From Octopus bimaculoides (lineage: Eukaryota): a DNA stretch of 64,000 bases. Under the pieces are notes generated by a model. The model worked only from the letters and a program-made list of their open reading frames with translations, was not told the DNA's origin and did not search any database. Where the stretch lies: contig NC_069000.1 of the NCBI RefSeq assembly GCF_001194135.2, forward strand, positions 7,449,409-7,513,408, in the 5' to 3' direction. The translations under genes were made by a program, and so were the position numbers. The first letter of the stretch is position 1. The number at the start of each line of letters is the position of its first letter. Of the stretch, positions 25,839 to 37,749 are shown piece by piece.

Positions 25839-26889
25839 CACTAGAGGGAGACAACATCTGGTAATACACACAGTTACTAGATGGAAACTATGCTTGGTGA
25901 TACATGAGCTGCTAATTTTTCTACCAACAGGAAAAAATTTGTGTTGCAAATAATTTGATTCACTCTGGTACATGCACACACATTCACAATCATTTTTTTT
26001 TTGTTCTTGTTGTTGTTTATTGTGTTGTTGTATAACTCTAATTTGGTATCTCAGTAAATTTATGAAGTATAACAGCAGTAGAAGTGTTGCTGTATCCCAG
26101 TAAGATAGTGTTTAAATCAAAGTATGTAGGAGTATAGATGGGCTGAAACTTACTTTATCTGTCCTATTTTTCACAAAACACTCATTTATTTGAGCTTTTC
26201 TTTGTGTTTCTGCTTCAACTGCACCTCACAACTTCCATATTACCATTGTTCTAATCCAAACTAGCCACCACTCTGGTTTTGCATGGTTTTTTTCTCTAAT
26301 GATATCAAACATAACTTCCCATTCCTGTGTGTCAATAACAATATTAATGATCTAAATTTTTATCAAACATAATCTCCCACCTACCTATGGGGTCACCTAT
26401 TGTGACTGGACATACAAGGGGATGCTGGAAAGTTCCTGGCTTTGGGTAAAAGAAAATACAAGAGGATTAGTAGTTAATTATGATTTTATTCAACATATTC
26501 CCATCTCAAATTCTCACACTTATTGCAGCGGTCCTTAGGTTGGGCCTCCAACCAGTCCTTTCATGATACCCTTAAAGCAGAAACTTTTCAGCACCCTATC
26601 ACAGGTCAGGAAATCCACGGTCTTCATCTCATCTTTTCTCAGTTCCAGCAATCCTCACAACCAACACCTAAGGTAAACCACACACAAAAATATGAAACAT
26701 TTCTTTTTTTTAAACCAGTAAAATACAAAAATGGACAAATTAAAGCAGTAACTAGCCAAATATAATTACACATATACATGTCACTAATAATGTATAAATA
26801 TTTGGCTTTCCCCAGAAAGAGTCGTGTCCTCAAGCCTTCTCCCACCTCCACAACTACTCGGACTCTTGGAAACATATATATATATACAG

Positions 26890-27154
26890 GCGATGACTAC
26901 GGACCGAGACCTTTGGAAATGGGCTGTGCGTGAGAAGACCCGGCAAGCCAAGTAAGATCGTTGCCAGTGCCCCTGGACTGGTTCTTGTGCGGGTGGCACA
27001 TGAGATGCACCATTTTGAGCGTGGCCGTTGCCAGTACCGCCTGACTGGCTCCTGTAGGATTTTCAAGCGAGATCGTTGCCAGTGCCCCTGGACTGGCTTG
27101 TGCGGGTGGCACATAAAAGACACCATTTCGAGCGTGGCCGTTTTCGTGCGGGTG
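26890..27154 (+). mobile_element. 5'-truncated young RTE LINE: ORF C-terminus plus hairpin-repeat 3'UTR (runs into gap)
   Basis: 26890-26955 reads AMTTDRDLWKWAVREKTRQAK-stop, collinear with the degraded RTE end near 40800; followed by a 115-bp higher-order repeat (starts at 26956 and 27071); (TA)n on both sides of element plus gap. Confidence 0.75.
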
Positions 27155-27771
27155 NNNNNNNNNNNNNNNNNNNNNNNNNNNNNNNNNNNNNNNNNNNNNN
27201 NNNNNNNNNNNNNNNNNNNNNNNNNNNNNNNNNNNNNNNNNNNNNNNNNNNNNNNNNNNNNNNNNNNNNNNNNNNNNNNNNNNNNNNNNNNNNNNNNNNN
27301 NNNNNNNNNNNNNNNNNNNNNNNNNNNNNNNNNNNNNNNNNNNNNNNNNNNNNNNNNNNNNNNNNNNNNNNNNNNNNNNNNNNNNNNNNNNNNNNNNNNN
27401 NNNNNNNNNNNNNNNNNNNNNNNNNNNNNNNNNNNNNNNNNNNNNNNNNNNNNNNNNNNNNNNNNNNNNNNNNNNNNNNNNNNNNNNNNNNNNNNNNNNN
27501 NNNNNNNNNNNNNNNNNNNNNNNNNNNNNNNNNNNNNNNNNNNNNNNNNNNNNNNNNNNNNNNNNNNNNNNNNNNNNNNNNNNNNNNNNNNNNNNNNNNN
27601 NNNNNNNNNNNNNNNNNNNNNNNNNNNNNNNNNNNNNNNNNNNNNNNNNNNNNNNNNNNNNNNNNNNNNNNNNNNNNNNNNNNNNNNNNNNNNNNNNNNN
27701 NNNNNNNNNNNNNNNNNNNNNNNNNNNNNNNNNNNNNNNNNNNNNNNNNNNNNNNNNNNNNNNNNNNNNNN
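27155..27771. other. Assembly gap
   Basis: N run. Confidence 1.
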
Positions 27772-27816
<45 letters not shown>

Positions 27817-28498
27817 ATATAAATTGTGTGTGTGTTTGAGAGAGATGGGGTGACTATAGATTAAGGCAACCATTCTGACAAGAAAGGATCCCATAATTTA
27901 TTTTCGTTTAATACTTTACAAGCATGCATCTCCATCCAAAAGTGGATTGATGTTTAGTGAAATACGAACTGACTCGTATTGTTTGTGCGATTAAAGCCAT
28001 TATGTGACGGTTGCTTTTTTTTCTTTCTGTCCATTTCCCATGGTTTTGGTCTTCCACCCCTGCCCTATACATCTCTATCATTCTGTTGACTGGCTAACGT
28101 GGTTATCTTCTATGGCTGTAATGTCCATTCTTATAGCAACTGCTCACTTGCAAGGAACTTGTTACAGTGGCTGTTGCCAGGTTTGAACCAGTAATCATTG
28201 GATCAGTATTCCAGCACTATACACAGTGTGCCTCAACCATCATTATCACCGCCACGACCATCATCGTCATCATCATGTACCATGAAGTGGAGGTAACCTT
28301 ACTGTAAGCTGAGTCTGTAACCCAGCCAATTTGCTTAATTTGCAGCACTAATATTCTTGATAAAGGCATGAACATCACACACTGCATTATTATGAACCCT
28401 GTGTCTATATAATGACTTACCGAATGTCCTCCAACTGACACATTCTTGGAAATAATTTGGGAAGTTATAAATTTGGAGTAAATATTTCCTATATCTGA

Positions 28499-29080
28499 GT
28501 GGACCACCATCCCTGCTTGTTCCTCCATCCATTCCCATACCTGGGTAGACAACCATTCCTGCTTGTTCCTCCTCCCACTCCCATACCTGGGTGGACTACC
28601 ATTCCTGCTCATTCCTTCTCCCACTCCCATTCATTGGTGGACTACCATTCCTGCTTGTTCCTCCTCCCACTCTCATTCCTTAGTGGACCACCATTCCTGC
28701 TTGTCCTTTCTCCTATTCCCATATCTGGGTGGACCACCATCCATGCTTGTTCCTCCCACTCCAATATCTAGGTGGACCACCATTCCTGCTTGTTCTTTCT
28801 CCCACTCCAATATTTGGGTGGACCACCATTCCTGCTTGTTTTCCCACTCCAATATCTGGGTGGACCACCATTCCTGCTTGTTCTTTCTCCCACTCCAATA
28901 TCTGGGTGGACTACCATTCCTGTTTGTTTCTTCTCCCACTCCCATACCTGGGTGGACCACCCTCCCTACTTGTTTCTCCTCTCACTCTTTTTTGATGGGT
29001 GGATCACTATTTCTGTTTGCTTCTCCTCTCACTCCGACACCTGGGTGGAGCATTCTCTCTGCTTGATCTCCCCCATCTCA
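28499..29080. repeat. 46-bp minisatellite, about 13 copies
   Basis: Consensus gtggaccaccattcctgcttgttcctcctcccactcccatacctgg; starts at 28499, 28545, 28591, 28637, 28683, 28729, 28772, 28818, 28860, 28906, 28952, 28999, 29045. Explains the repetitive ORFs in the track. Confidence 0.92.
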
Positions 29081-29135
29081 CTTTCCATAATCTTTGCAGT
29101 CCTATTTACTAACTGACCTTTCTTTCTGTAACTAG

Positions 29136-29285
29136 GAAGCAATTCAGGGATTTCCTATGCTCAGCTGTGTTACGAACTGTCGGTTGATATGAGCCCTGAC
29201 TACACTTATGACAAACCTCATTGCACAATAGCAAGAGGTGCCCCTGATGGCTGTTCAAGTTATATAAATTTCCCAATGTCTGGAG
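29136..29285 (+). CDS. CBL: Cbl tail exon (tyrosine-motif rich)
   Basis: tttctgtaactag|...|gtaaga; (G)SNSGISYAQLCYELSVDMSPDYTYDKPHCTIARGAPDGCSSYINFPMSG; 150 nt, phase 1-1, open. Confidence 0.78.
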
Positions 29286-29439
29286 GTAAGACTTCTTCTT
29301 CGTCAGCTTCTCTTGGCTTCATCATCACATTATAGCTTTCTATACATTGCTGTTCCTTTTATCTCTTTTGTAAAGGAGAACAGTAATGTTGCTTAAGGAG
29401 AGGCTTGGCTTATAGTATTGCTGGTCACAGGTCATTGAC

Positions 29440-29700
29440 CTTTAGGGTATAGTAGTAGCATGATAGATGTCAGTTACCCATGGTATATTGCCTTAACAGC
29501 ATGACAGAGCTAATATAGAATGGGGTCACTCATTGCACATTGTCTTAACAGTAGAGCTAACACATGGCTAAGCTAACCATAGTACAATCTCAACAGCATG
29601 ATAGAGGTGTGTTACTCAAGCAAGGTATAACACCATGATAGAGCTATGTTACCCATGGTCTATTCGGATAACAGCATGATAGAGCTTTTATAGAGCATAT
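29440..29700. repeat. Highly degenerate tandem repeat
   Basis: Recurrent aacagcatgatagagct and gttacccatggt blocks. Confidence 0.5.
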
Positions 29701-29844
29701 GCATTAATTTCCAAGCCATTATAGCATGTATAATTTCGGGATCTCAAATATATTAATGTAGCAGCTATAATCATCTCACTTTGCTAGATACCTGTTTTGG
29801 TGGTTATATATATAAACATATATGTGTTTATATATATATGTATT

Positions 29845-29875
<31 letters not shown>

Positions 29876-30143
29876 AATGCATAAAAGTAGTTATTTAAAC
29901 CTTGGGTATACACCTGGTAGTACGCCGATTAAAGCACTTTCACTGTCTATGGCTACCTGATGTCATCCATAGTATTGATATAAATGCTACTGGGTCTACC
30001 TCTGGAATTCCTCAGTGTCCATTGAGTATATAACAAATGAGAGAAACAGAAAATAGAGTTCACAAGATTCTTTATTAATCACAGAAATCGTTTCAACGCA
30101 TCTTGAAGAATCTTATGAATTCCATTTGCGCTTATTTGTTTTG

Positions 30144-30181
<38 letters not shown>

Positions 30182-30620
30182 ATATATAAATATGTGAGGA
30201 AAGGTTGAGTTCTATTTCAGCCTTTACTTAGCAGGGTTCCAAAGTTAGATTTCTAATAAAGATTCTTCATATTAAATTGGTAGCTTACTATTGTAAGTAT
30301 TTTTCGAATATGAAAATATTACAAGTATAAGGTGTGTTATGAGCATTTATAGAACACATATCCTATAGAAACTCGCCAAACAAGTAAAGATGGAGAAGAG
30401 AAGGTGTTAAGCATTGTGATGCTGATACTCTGCTGTTAGAACTCAATATACATATGCTTCGATCTGAAGTCAGTCGAGTGCAGAGCAGTAATGAGCAATT
30501 GGGATGACAAAGGAATAAACAATTATATTATGAACTCCATTACCTTACAACTGTTTCTGCTGTAATGTGCAATGCATTCATAGTTAAGTGCTTCAGTATC
30601 ATCCTACGACTTCATCAGAG

Positions 30621-30651
<31 letters not shown>

Positions 30652-30754
30652 NNNNNNNNNNNNNNNNNNNNNNNNNNNNNNNNNNNNNNNNNNNNNNNNN
30701 NNNNNNNNNNNNNNNNNNNNNNNNNNNNNNNNNNNNNNNNNNNNNNNNNNNNNN
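30652..30754. other. Assembly gap
   Basis: N run. Confidence 1.
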
Positions 30755-30812
30755 TCCAAAGAAAAATTATTTCACATTCTCTTGGAACTTTGTAAATTCT
30801 TATGATGTAACT

Positions 30813-30844
<32 letters not shown>

Positions 30845-31614
30845 GTGTGTGTGTGCATATGTACTAGATACACAATTATGTTGATGTTTCGCTTTTTTTT
30901 TTTTTTTCATTAAGGAGTTTTCATATTCATCCTTTATATTTAATGTGGAACATTAATGTTCCTAAATTCATCAATCTGTTAGCATTTGGGAGATGAACAA
31001 AAGAATATGAAATAGTTTTGAGAAAGCAGATCAAACTTGGACAGTCATATTTTAAGTATAACATGTTTGAAATAGAAGTGATTCCTTATATATATCTATA
31101 CATTTTGTAATTGTATTAGTGACCTGTTGTGTTGTATCTATATGTTTGCAAGAGTTTAAACTGATGTTTTTGATGTGTCTGTTTGCTATTTTGGGGAGGC
31201 TGTATGTGAGAGAGCATGAACAATAATAGCATAATGTGATAAACAACAAGAGAACACAGAAGAGAACTTCATGGCAGTGTCAATGTCTGAGACTTTTGTA
31301 TTAAATTCTTTGTTTTCCACAAATCCTATTCAGTGGGTTTGAAAATAAGTTGCCATTTTTCAATTTAAGTTTGGTTTTATTTTCCATTTGTTTAATAAAA
31401 ATAATAATAAAAAATTACCAGAATTTCCTAAGGATATTACCTGGTTCCAGTTTAAAGACTCAGCTCAACACCCCACATTTAATTTCCCTATTTTAGCCTC
31501 TTATTGCTGAACAATAAGTGAATCGAATAATGTTAAATAATATGGTCTCTGTTGGGTCTTTGGTGGTTAGACATGTAAAAATGTTTGTTATTCAAATGGA
31601 AAATTAACTCTTAA

Positions 31615-31834
31615 CCCTTTGATGTTTAGATTAATCTGTTAAATGTAATGCTTTTTCACTCAAATTGTTTTGAATTAATCACACATTATCTCATAGCTTT
31701 GAGGTTTCAATGATGTGATTATTTATTTTTAGAATGTCAATGTAGGTTAGATGTGAGAGGCTAGATATGGCTAGTTCAAATATAAAACATGGAGAATATT
31801 TGGACCGGATATGGCCTGTTTAAACACTTAAGGG
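31615..31834 (+). mobile_element. piggyBac-like MITE, family A
   Basis: TTAA|ccctttgatgttt ... aaacacttaaggg|TTAA; CCC/GGG ends with TTAA duplication. Confidence 0.75.
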
Positions 31835-32757
31835 TTAAGCTAATTAGCTGGTCATTTATTTGATGAGTGGAAACTGGTATCACTGGAGATTACCAAAGCT
31901 GAAACTAAGTAAGCTGTGGTTGTAGAAATCTTTTACTTTCTGATCCATGAGAGCACCATATAGATCCAAGACATGCCTATCATGTTAATGAGGTTGATAA
32001 CAACATAGCCAGGGACCTAATAGATTAGACTAGTCAGCCATTAAGGCCACTACTGTACCGATGGAGCAACAGATACTGCTTATTTTTTAATGTTGAGTGA
32101 AGCAAGATGTATGGAAATTTCCAGATTAACTAAACTAATTAAAAGTTTTAACTGCATGCAATATCAAGGATGTATTATTTAATAATTCTCAAAAGATATT
32201 TCTGGAAATATACTTAACCTTCCTTCCCACTCGATATTAACATCGTTGTCATTGTGGCCAGTCTACCAAACTAAGGTATTCTATTTGCATGCACACTGCT
32301 TCATGTAACTACTCACCTCGTTATTAGCTGCAGCAGTTTCTTTGCACGTTGCAATAAATTGGTTGGGAGGTCACATTCCATGTTGTGCCAGCCTCTTTTA
32401 CATCATCCTCCATCTTTGTTTCTATACGTCAACCAGTCATAGTTTACAGTTATGTGTTTATATGAAAAAACAGTGAACTTCCTTCTTATACATTTTATTT
32501 ATTTACAAATATTTTAAGTCCTTCCCTCAAACTCAGCCTTCACTACAGTCTTAATGGACTTCACTGCAGATTCCTTACTTTTACTATTACGCTACCACTG
32601 GCACATTCACTCACTCACTCTCTCTCTCCCCCTCCCTCCTCTTAATACAGCTTCTCTACCTTCACTGTTATACAACACCACACCATGTCCCATCAGCACC
32701 ATACCACTGACAGTGTTGAGATATTACTGTGTTGCTCACTGTGTACATCTGTTGCAG

Positions 32758-32854
32758 GAAACTCTAAAAAGATCCCACAAAGGGCTGGGGAAATGGAATA
32801 TCCTCCACCAATTCCACAACATAGACCGAAACCAGATGAAGCCCCACCAAAAAT
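32758..32854 (+). CDS. CBL: Cbl penultimate exon (Pro-rich)
   Basis: gttgcag|...|gtaagc; (G)NSKKIPQRAGEMEYPPPIPQHRPKPDEAPPK; 97 nt, phase 1-2, exactly the phase change needed to put the UBA exon in frame. Confidence 0.8.
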
Positions 32855-33192
32855 GTAAGCAACATTGTTTTGCAATTATTATTGTTTGTTTTTTTTTTTA
32901 ATTATAAAATATAAAGAACATTATTCTTGTTATTATTATTTATTATAATTAGCAGCAGAACCATTTGCATGTTGAACAAAATGCTTAGCAATATTTCTTC
33001 TTCTGACTTCAAATTCTGTTGGGATTGATGTAATCGACAAGCCCCCTCCCCTAAAAGTTCAGACTATTCTAAATGACATGAAATGTAAATCATCCCCCAC
33101 TCGTACATCCATTCTTCACATACACACTCTTTATATCTGTATTATCCCATCACCTAATCTCTTGTTCTCTCTCTGCCATGTTGTCATTCCAG

Positions 33193-33436
33193 AAAGTCCG
33201 AGTGCCATCACAAGGCTGGTGCTGTCCCAATCCAGCGCGAGCGACTGCGAGAACGACAAGACAACAACAAAGAAAACACAGAGACAAGTTCATACAACAG
33301 CATCAACCAGGAGTTTGTGGAAGATTTAGTGTCGCGTGGCTACGATAAAGTCCGGGTCGTTGACGCACTCCGAGTAGCACGCAACGATCTCAAGATGGCT
33401 GAAGAAATTCTAGAGACTTTCGTCAAACGAAATTAG
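33193..33436 (+). CDS. CBL: Cbl last coding exon with C-terminal UBA domain
   Basis: cattccag|; KSECHHKAGAVPIQRERLRERQDNNKENTETSSYNSINQEFVEDLVSRGYDKVRVVDALRVARNDLKMAEEILETFVKRN, TAG at 33434-33436. UBA pattern (L.S.GY...V..AL..A.ND...A..IL..F) typical of long Cbl proteins. The ORF track shows a different frame here. Confidence 0.9.
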
Positions 33437-35196
33437 TGCAAAATTGTTGCACTTACACATGCGTACGGCAGGGCGGCTGGGACACAAACAGTTAATGATA
33501 CTACACGCCCACACAATCACACAGCTCTGTATCTATGTATGTATGTATATATATAAGTGCGTGTGTGTGTGTGTGTGTGTGCATGTATCCATTTGTGTCG
33601 ACTACGTGTGTGTGTGTGCGAGTGTGTGTGTATGCGTGTGCGCATGCGCATGTTGACATGCACACACGCACACACATGTGCATGTGTAGCTGTACATAGA
33701 ACACCCACACTTTGGCAGGTGTGGGCATGCATGCGAGTATGTGTGTGTGTGCATGTGTGTGTGCATGTGTTAACGAGAGTATATACAGACTATATATATA
33801 AATATATATAGACTATATATATGTATATATACAGACTATATATATATATATAGATTCTATATATATATAAAGAGAGAGACTATACAGACTATATATATAT
33901 AGATATCATATTGAATGAATACAATAACAATAATAATAACAAAATTAAGAACAAGCCCAGTACTTCAAAGCTGGCAGTTTTCAAATGTAAATCCAGAGAT
34001 GGCCCCGGTTGTCATGGTGATGGCCTTTCTTCCTGAACTCCCCCTTTTCTCCTAACAAAAGGTATCATTATAACCTGCTGCCAGTTTTGCTGGTTGGTTT
34101 TCTTACTACACATCCTCCTCCTCTACACATTTCCGGCCTTGTGCCAATTTAAGAAATTATTATTATTATTATAATTATTATGGAAGAACAAAAGGCAGAG
34201 AACTCCCTTGACCACCCAACCACCCACTGTTAATTTTGCCTTTCATTGTTCCAGGAGAGGGTTTGGAGTGTCCTCGAACTAATAAAAGTATCAGTTATAT
34301 ACTGGGGTGTGTCAATATAATCAATTCTATCCCCCTTCCCCATAAATTCTGGCTTTGTGCCTATGTGAGAAATCATCATTGTTATCATCATCATCATCAT
34401 CGTTATTATTTTTAGTAGTCTGTGACCCACCCCCACCCCATTCCCATTTGCCACAAAATGTCATACAGTCTTATGCAGAAACCATTATCATAATTACTGT
34501 TATTATTATCATCATCACCATTATTATTATTATCATTATTATTTTAGGTCTGTCATAAATGAGATGTCACAGTGCAGTATATCAGACGAGAGCCCTTTAC
34601 AAATATCCAAGTTACTGATTTCAAATTCCCCACTGTGTTTGACATGACAAGGTGGATGCTTAAATACCAGTGATACACTGAGGAAAATATCCCACCCATA
34701 CTTACAACCACAGTCTGAAGAAAATATTGTTGCTACTATTACCAAAGTGGGAAGCTGGCAGAATTGTTAGCATGCCTGACCGAATGCTTAGAAGCACTTC
34801 TTCTATCTTTGTTCTGAGATAAAGTTCTGCCAAGGTCGACTTTGCGTTTCATCCTTTCAGGATTGGTGAATTAAGTACCAGTGAAACACTGGGGTAAATG
34901 TAATGGACTAGTCCCCTCCACCAAATTTCAGGCCTTGTGCCTCTAGTAGAAAGGATTATTATTATTATTATTATTATTATTATAAAGTCAACAAGCTGAC
35001 AGAATTTTTAGCATGCCAGACAAAATGCTTAGCAGCATTTTGCCTGTGTTTATGTTCTGAGTTCAAATTCCGCCGAGGTAGACTTTGCCCTTTCATCCTT
35101 TCAAGGTCAATAAATTAAGTACCAGTGGAACCTTGGGGTCAATGTAATCAACTAGTCCTCTTCCAAGTTTCAGGTCTTGTGCTTATAATAGAAAGG

Positions 35197-35227
<31 letters not shown>

Positions 35228-36106
35228 TACCCTGCTCCACATGCTTCTCGTTTGCTTCTGTCATACAATTTAATAATGAAGAAGACAAAAGATGTATTTC
35301 GTTCAAACTCTGGTTATTGTCACTCTCTGCTTACTGTCACATTCATTATATATTTCTCCCATAAAACGTGTGTGGGGTGAGAGAGATACATCTGTCTGTC
35401 TATATATATATATATATGTGTGTGTGTTTTTGTGTGTCTGGGGAGGACAAAAAAGAGAAAATGAATATTCAATACACAGAGTGTGACACAAAAGCTGCAA
35501 CCTGTCACTGCTCTTTGGTTTCTGTGGTGTATGTCACAGAAGGATTCAGAATGTCCAGTCATGTGGGAGCTTTAGTTTACTCTGTACATGTATGTCAGGG
35601 CTGTGTGGATGTGTTACCCTTCTGCTACCCCTCTAGATATGTTATCTCTCTCTTTCTCTCTCTCTGTCTTCTCATACTACTTGTACAACCAACACAAGGA
35701 CAACTCTAAAGTGGTTGCTTGACCTGTTAGAAATAGCAGCAAAATTTCCCTTAATACTCCATCCTTACCCTTGTCACCTTTGGACAAATATCGGATACAC
35801 AAAACATGAATGAAAGACAGGATGGTCATGGCTTGGACATATCTGATTATGGATAGGTCTGCTGAATCTGCCATTGACTCGGAGCTAAACAACAGCTGTA
35901 ACTATCATGACATTCGGTGATGGGTCTGTTGTCAGACATTAAGTTGAACCAAATCACGAATTCCAATTCCTTACTCACCTTGCACCTTGTGTGTGCCTCT
36001 CCTTCTCTCTATTTCCCCTTCTTCTCCACTACATATTCCTCCTTCTAAATACTTTAAAACTAGAGGTAGAAAAATCTTCCTTTAATGATATATATATATA
36101 TATACT

Positions 36107-36440
36107 GTTACCACAGCTACACTGATGTAACTATTGTTACCATGGCTACACTGATGTAACTATTGTTACCATGGCTACACTGATGTAACTATTGTTACCA
36201 TAGCTACACTGATGTAACTATTGTTACCATGGCTACACTGATGTAACTATTGTTACCATGGCTACACTGATGTAACTATTGTTACCATGGCTACACTGAT
36301 GTAACTATTGTTACCATGGCTACACTGATGTAACTATTGTTACCATGGCTACACTGATGTAACTATTGTTACCATGGCTACACTGATGTAACTATTGTTA
36401 CCATGGCTACACTGATGTAACTGTTGTTACCATGGCTGCA
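36107..36440. repeat. 29-bp minisatellite, 11 full copies plus a partial, nearly identical
   Basis: Unit gttaccatggctacactgatgtaactatt; starts every 29 nt from 36107 to 36426. Confidence 0.95.
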
Positions 36441-37749
36441 ACAACATCTTTCAAAAGCTGTTAAGCATAGACAAATGCCATTTCTTATGACAATCATTAA
36501 TTACCGTGGTTACAAGGATATATCTTAAAGCATAGTCACTACTTGAGGTGACAACTGTTGCCATGGAAACTACAGTATAGCTAGAAGTACATCTGCTGTT
36601 GCCATGTAACAGCCCCCTTTCTCCACACAGTATACCAGTTAATTTTGCTGCTCTACTTAAACCTTCCTCCCCCTCCTCATTATTATTATTATTATAAAGG
36701 TGATTGGTAGAATTGGTATAGCATCAGATCAAATGATTTGCAGTATTAAAAACTGAACAGCAAGAAGAATTGAACTGTGAAATTGTCTCTCATTAGCATT
36801 GATTTAATGTCATTTATCTTGTCTACTGTCCCCACCCACCCCAATATTTTTATTTTTATATCACCCTCCCCCTCCAGCTTGTCTGATGTTTCTGTTGCTA
36901 TAGTTATCTACTCTCACCACAGCCCAAACAACTGTCTCCTTCCTCTACTGCTGTATCCTCAACTTGAAACTGTAGTCCACCAATTCATCCAGTCTGGCTG
37001 TGGTGTGAGACAAAGTACTGCTGCTTCTCCACTTTTCTTCTTCTTTCTTGATGTCCTCCGACAACACCTCCCCCCTCACCACACAGTATTATATTCTCTT
37101 ATCGGAGCTGCTGTTTTTTTTTTCTTTCTAATCTATCCATGCTGATCCCTTCCCATCCGACACAGTCACAACTGAACCCCACATCAGAGTCTACTTCACC
37201 TTACACTTCTCATCAAGCTATGGGTCTATTCATTAGTTACTGCTTTTGGAAATTAGGCTCATGTGATTTTTTTTTTTTTTTTTTTTTGTGTGTGTTATTT
37301 TGTTGGAAGTGGCTGGAGAAGAGATTATTGAAATTGAAGTGTAGTGGAAGATCTCGGTTGTGGTTGTAGCAGACTGTTTGATAATAATGATGTTGATGAT
37401 GATATTCCCGTTGGTGTTCTGTCTGTTCTTATTGACCCTTTTATCCCCCATTAGCCTATGTCAGAATTTGAACCCAGTACTGCAAGCAAATGAAATAGTA
37501 TTCGTTTGTTGTAGAAAGGTGAGCTGTAGTTCATCATGGTGCTAATTTACATCTATGTCACTGAGCCAGAGACACTGTACAGTGGAAGAGAGAGGATTTG
37601 AATAGTTGAGCCACAAATTATCAGGCAAGCGCTTTAACAACTCAGTCAGTTGTCAGAGCCTGACAAGATTTGAACTCAAAACCTTGGGTTCCAAATGAGG
37701 TAGCTGACATTATACTGTGGTAATGTTAAAACAGATGGGTTGTTACATG

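Noticed and set aside
26854-27894. Long ORFs over N runs (also near 30.6, 39.9, 50.0 and 61.0 kb)
   Set aside because: Artefacts of translating assembly gaps as X.
28217-29116. Cluster of overlapping repetitive ORFs on both strands
   Set aside because: Products of the 46-bp minisatellite; the unit is not a multiple of 3 and the same peptides rotate through frames.
30369-30383. 15-nt phase 1-1 Cbl microexon (ETRQT)
   Set aside because: AG/GT and phase fit, but the polypyrimidine tract is poor and the exon is not needed for the frame; unsupported without RNA-seq.
34548-34647. Alternative UBA-less terminal Cbl exon (MSVINEMSQC...LCLT-stop)
   Set aside because: Phase-compatible, but the acceptor is just the end of an (ATT)n tract and there is no homology support.
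36107-36440. CRISPR array
   Set aside because: Head-to-tail 29-bp units with no spacers.
36900-37100. Protein-like antisense frame (EVLSEDIKKEEEKWRSS...)
   Set aside because: Bounded by stops, no ATG or credible splice sites, purine-rich low complexity, no recognised homology.
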